A stretch of DNA of 64,000 nt from Veleropilina oligotropha (taxonomy: Eukaryota): NCBI GenBank assembly GCA_048128005.1, contig JBEUKZ010000022.1, positions 186,001 to 250,000 of the forward strand. The letters are read 5' to 3'. The translations under genes and the position numbers were made by a program. The notes below the pieces were generated by a model. The model did no database searches and was not told the DNA's origin. It worked only from the letters and a program-made list of their open reading frames with translations. The number at the start of each line of letters is the position of its first letter. Position 1 is the first letter of the stretch. Shown here one piece after another: positions 60,705 to 64,000 of the stretch.

Positions 60705-61355
60705 ATGGACGCCCTCATCGATCAACTCATGGATGACGAACAAGAAGGCCCCTGCGGAAACTGCTTGACTCCCGATGGCTGCTTGCAGCAACAGGAACCT
60801 GTCAGTAACTCCGTAGGCACGGCAAAGAAGCGGGAGAGGCTTGCCGCGTTAGCCGTTGGAGGACAGGTCCACAGATACTTGGGGCGTGACCTCACAGTGG
60901 ACCAGATCGACGAGATGACCGATGAAGAGGTCGTCAAACACCACGCGAGGTACGAAGCGAAGCTCGGCGCCGAGATGACGAAAACCCTGGGGACTGCCGC
61001 TATTCATCTCTATGCGGGGGCGGCTGGGATGTTCTTACCCATTCCACCAGAAAGCCAACTACGACTGATCGCCAACCTGGAGGCCGACCCATTCATCACA
61101 CATGCCCTGAGCACGGCAAGCTGTGAGCTGTATCACCAATATGGCAAATATCTAGCCCCGCTGACCACCGCGTTTACCACGGCTAGACACTGCCAATTTG
61201 GACATGTTTGCCCACCCAAGATATCTCTGAGAGGTCAAGATGACAACGCCGGAAATAGACCAGCCGATAGAGAGGGTGACCCAGCCGATAGAGACGATAG
61301 AGAGGGTGACCCAGCCGATAGAGAGGGTGACCTCTTCTTCGGGGAAGGACCCTAA
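60705..61355 (+). CDS. Hypothetical viral protein (216 aa, helical)
   Basis: ATG-initiated ORF in the co-oriented gene run after the ATPase. Confidence 0.7.
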   Translation: MDALIDQLMDDEQEGPCGNCLTPDGCLQQQEPVSNSVGTAKKRERLAALAVGGQVHRYLGRDLTVDQIDEMTDEEVVKHHARYEAKLGAEMTKTLGTAAIHLYAGAAGMFLPIPPESQLRLIANLEADPFITHALSTASCELYHQYGKYLAPLTTAFTTARHCQFGHVCPPKISLRGQDDNAGNRPADREGDPADRDDREGDPADREGDLFFGEGP

Positions 61356-61698
61356 GAAGGTGGCTGCAGGGAGGGCCGGTGCTGCTGCGAGGAAAGCCAA
61401 ACAGGAGAGGCTACTTTCCGAGGTTCGAAAACTTAAAGAGGACACCCGCACAGTTCCGTCAGCACTACCGGAGGCACAGCCCAAACACAGTACCCCGGCC
61501 GCGATGACCGCGGTCGAAAACGACTTTCGCGTGGGCGCGGTGTCAGATACACGGAAGTCAGACCCATTTAAGTGGACCCATGGACTCTTCGCTGCAGGCG
61601 GGGTTGCGTTGCTATTTCTTGTCTGGAAACGCGGCACCGACGAGGCAGCCCCGGGCCTACCCCGCCCCACCCACCCCCACCACCGAATTGGAGACTAG
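61240..61698 (+). CDS. Small protein with basic motif and TM segment (possible core/DNA-binding protein)
   Basis: (ERVTQPI) repeats, KDPKKVAAGRAGAAARKAKQERL, and GLFAAGGVALLFLVW. Confidence 0.65.
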   Translation: MTTPEIDQPIERVTQPIETIERVTQPIERVTSSSGKDPKKVAAGRAGAAARKAKQERLLSEVRKLKEDTRTVPSALPEAQPKHSTPAAMTAVENDFRVGAVSDTRKSDPFKWTHGLFAAGGVALLFLVWKRGTDEAAPGLPRPTHPHHRIGD

Positions 61699-61745
61699 GC
61701 CCAACCCTTTCCATATGCGATAGGTCGAGTAGCAGCTGCAAAAAC

Positions 61746-61985
61746 ATGACTACTCCAATCACCGATGGGAAGATGCTCGGAAATGCCATCTATCATTCGG
61801 CTGTCGTGTCTGGCATGGCTATCGGCTACTCACGCCTGGTAAAGATGGCTTTCAAGGGGGCCAGCCCCAGACTGGACTTCACGGGTTATGATGTTGGGAT
61901 GGTGGTCCTCGACGTGGCGCTCGCCATGGCGATGAAAGATATGCTGATCCGGCAAGGCATCATTCCCGCCGACGTATTGAAGTAG
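61746..61985 (+). CDS. Small hydrophobic viral protein (79 aa)
   Basis: MTTPITDGKMLGNAIYHSAVVSGMAIGY...VGMVVLDVALAMAMKDML; two mildly hydrophobic helices. Confidence 0.6.
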   Translation: MTTPITDGKMLGNAIYHSAVVSGMAIGYSRLVKMAFKGASPRLDFTGYDVGMVVLDVALAMAMKDMLIRQGIIPADVLK

Positions 61986-61999
61986 AGACGAAGCACTGC

Positions 62000-62440
62000 A
62001 TGACCATGGCTTCCATTGCGATGCTGGTTGGGGGCGCTCTCGTCAATGCCCTCGCCTTCAGCGGGTCAAACTTCCTGTTCTCGAAGCTACGCAGCTCCGG
62101 CGTTGATGAGGAGCGTAAACGCCACGACAAAGCCGTAGAGCAGCTCCAGGCCGCTCAGACTAAATGGTCCCAACAGAGGGCAGAGCGTCTCGATTGGCTA
62201 AACGTCGAACTTCGCCGCCAGGGTCATGCCGTAGGCACTTTCCGGGACGTTGACGCCGCGATCCATGAGTATGCATCGATCACCGGCAAGCAACATGACC
62301 CCGCCGCCCTGGTGGGTGGCCCTGAGCCCGCCCTGTCGGACTACTACACGCCGAGCGACGACCAGACGGAATGAGAGATCACCTTCATCATCCTGGGGAT
62401 GGCTGCGACCGGGTTGGTCGCCTACAAGCTCCTACCCTAA
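62000..62440 (+). pseudogene. Viral protein with N- and C-terminal hydrophobic segments and a coiled coil; premature TGA at 62372
   Basis: MASIAMLVGGALVNALAF...EERKRHDKAVEQLQ. The frame continues after the stop as EITFIILGMAATGLVAYKLLP*. Confidence 0.7.
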
Positions 62441-62480
62441 TAAGTTCCAGTGGACATTTTTTGCGTGGGCATGTATAGTA

Positions 62481-62771
62481 ATGGGGCTCCCAGAAGAGCT
62501 GTACTCCGCCTTGCAAGAGGTGGGCCTTGCCGCCCAAACGCACAAAATCCCCGGCCCACCCCTTGGTACTACGTCACTCGACTGCTGGCGGCGCAACGAA
62601 AAGACTATGGTGCGGTTCGCGGTCATGGTGCTCTCGGGCCCGACCAACCTACGGGCGACGACTGGGCAGCTTCCAGAGCCGGTCGCTGAAGCCTGTTGGA
62701 GACTGATCACGTTGCTGGAATACCTCGCAAGTCTTCATGTCGTCGAAGACACAAAAGCCCCTGATGGCTAA
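62481..62771 (+). CDS. Hypothetical viral protein (96 aa)
   Basis: ATG ORF filling the gap; its stop overlaps the next start. Confidence 0.45.
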   Translation: MGLPEELYSALQEVGLAAQTHKIPGPPLGTTSLDCWRRNEKTMVRFAVMVLSGPTNLRATTGQLPEPVAEACWRLITLLEYLASLHVVEDTKAPDG

Positions 62772-62928
62772 AGAACTCGACCGGAAGCTTTCGAATGGCT
62801 ACTATAGCCCCTGAGGCTACTGGAAAGGGATCGCCGTGATAAAACATCTCTCGGCCGCAGTAGATGTCTCTGAAGACGTGGCCCGGGATTGGCTGAAGAA
62901 GCAGGCCATCTGGCAAATCTATTTACCT
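62764..62928 (+). pseudogene. N-terminus of a Polinton-type retroviral-like integrase, truncated
   Basis: Manual translation MAKELDRKLSNGYYSP*GYWKGIAVIKHLSAAVDVSEDVARDWLKKQAIWQIYLP resembles the YY.P.G...L....V..WL..Q N-terminus of Polinton integrases. No catalytic core is present. Confidence 0.6.
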
Positions 62929-63213
62929 GGGGGGGGACAAGGGCATTTTATCCTAGGGCTGGGGCGGGGCCAGGGCGACCGGGGAGGCTCCCAGCGCCGT
63001 CCGAATCAAGGGTAGCTTAGAATAATCTATTTGGGCGCGGATGCTCCCACCACCGTCTGACGGCGCGACCTACTCGACGTGCGCGCGGTGCATTGCCGAG
63101 GCGACGTGGCGAGGCCACCGCGGGGCGGTCCATCGCAAAGATGCGGGGGTGGGGTATAGTCGGAGATCTGCCCCCTAGTTGACTACCCGAGAGAGGGTGT
63201 AGAATTACATTAG

Positions 63214-63648
63214 TTAAATAAATATGTAATTCCCACTGGCTAACGTGCAGTTGCACGACGGCAGGTGTCCGATTTTTCTCCACGCACCGAGGCAGCCAGA
63301 TAGCATTGTGTAATACTGCCCATTTTTGCCAGGGCATAGGGAGGGGGCCTCACACTGGACACATATGACAGCATGTGGGGGTGTGGGCGGGCCACAGTCA
63401 TTCTCCCCGATAACATAGTAGTGACACGACGGTGGGGGGACATCAGGGGGGTCTCCCAGGCGTAGTAGCAAGTTTCTCCGCAAGGGATCGAATCGGGGAT
63501 TATACCTGGGGTGGTTGCGGTACCTAGCCCATGTGTGTTCGAGAATTAATGCGGTGTTGCGTGACGACGTGCCCTGGGTGGTGGCACCCGCTAGCCAACA
63601 CACCGCGGCAATGCACAGGAGTAGCATGGATTTCATGGATTTCATGGC
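63214..63648 (-). CDS. Secreted cysteine-rich protein, copy 2
   Basis: Paralog of 53845-54255; MKSMKSMLLLCIAAVCWLAGA; the same 8 Cys. Confidence 0.8.
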   Translation of the reverse strand, partial: AMKSMKSMLLLCIAAVCWLAGATTQGTSSRNTALILEHTWARYRNHPRYNPRFDPLRRNLLLRLGDPPDVPPPSCHYYVIGENDCGPPTPPHAVICVQCEAPSLCPGKNGQYYTMLSGCLGAWRKIGHLPSCNCTLASGNYIFI

Positions 63649-63725
63649 TTGTCCAGATATCACTGTCCAGTTCAATCTTTAATACGGGGGAGGGGCCTCA
63701 CCCACCCCACGATCGACCTGGATGG

Positions 63726-64000
63726 TTAGTCGCCAGCCCCGATTTTTTTCAGCAGCTCTGCGCGTCCCTCTTTCCGACCTCGCTCAATTAGCTCGCTCTG
63801 GGTCTGTGAAACCGCGTTGTGCGCCTTTGCACTCTTGAGGCGAACCGTGGCTTTCAATGTCCGATATTTTTCCATCTCCCCCGTGACCAGTTGGAATTCA
63901 TCATCAGACATCTCCCCATCCGCTAAGGCCTTTGAGACGTGGTCGGTGATTGTGTTCAGCTTACTTTCGGCCAGCACTCGTATCTCGTCGTGCTTCTTAG
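63726..64000 (-). CDS. C-terminal part of the viral membrane protein, copy 2
   Basis: About 72 of 82 residues are identical to the C-terminus of 54343-54984. Confidence 0.85.
   Translation of the reverse strand, partial: KKHDEIRVLAESKLNTITDHVSKALADGEMSDDEFQLVTGEMEKYRTLKATVRLKSAKAHNAVSQTQSELIERGRKEGRAELLKKIGAGD

Larger units (their letters stand above)
52523..62928. mobile_element. Endogenous Polinton/Maverick(adintovirus)-like DNA virus, copy 1 (left end to truncated integrase)
   Basis: Begins AGCAGCAG exactly where the LTR match ends. GC-rich, intron-less, tightly packed ORFs include a capsid-sized protein, a penton-like protein and a packaging ATPase. Confidence 0.85.
62929..64000. mobile_element. 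Second, diverged copy of the viral element's left arm (same orientation; runs off the window)
   Basis: Subterminal motifs followed by paralogs of 53845-54255 and 54343-54984 in the same order and strand. Confidence 0.88.

Noticed and set aside
54434..62916. Antisense and alternative-frame ORFs in the viral block (e.g. 54434-54868, 56347-57084, 60087-60554, 61152-61670)
   Set aside because: They overlap better-supported genes and are expected at this GC content.
62929..63040. Right TIR of the viral element
   Set aside because: The motifs are in the same orientation as the left end, not inverted, and are followed by left-arm genes.
52523..64000. pPolB DNA polymerase or adenain protease
   Set aside because: No matching motifs in any ORF. 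They may lie beyond the window or have been deleted.
52523..64000. Bacterial prophage or contamination
   Set aside because: The block is joined precisely inside a eukaryotic LTR, shows CpG-type decay, and has no tailed-phage hallmark genes.

Overview
This is a repeat-saturated eukaryotic window, most likely from an invertebrate animal genome, and I found no recognisable host gene in it. (1) 1-21.6 kb is a satellite of about 75 monomers of 279/285 bp. Each monomer carries a tRNA-like Pol III cassette on the minus strand. The array has higher-order duplications (2511 and 4173 bp), a SINE inserted with a 12-bp TSD, and two (TATG)n tracts. (2) 22.3-28.2 kb holds a decayed Penelope-like retroelement with an upstream SGNH-domain ORF, interrupted by a small Helitron, plus a gag-like fragment and one isolated satellite monomer. 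(3) 33.3-40.8 kb is a structurally complete DIRS1-type tyrosine-recombinase retrotransposon (ITRs, ICR, three open ORFs). (4) CR1/L2 LINE fragments lie at 31.7 kb and 40.9-43.1 kb. (5) 43.5-52.5 kb is a decayed Gmr1-like Gypsy element (integrase before RT) with nested DNA-transposon insertions. (6) 52.5-64 kb is an endogenous Polinton/Maverick(adintovirus)-like DNA virus inserted in the Gypsy 3' LTR. It encodes putative major and minor capsid proteins, an A32/FtsK-type packaging ATPase, several membrane-anchored proteins, a secreted 8-Cys protein and the start of an integrase. It is followed head-to-tail by a second, diverged copy. All protein family calls rest on motif recognition by eye; no database search was run.
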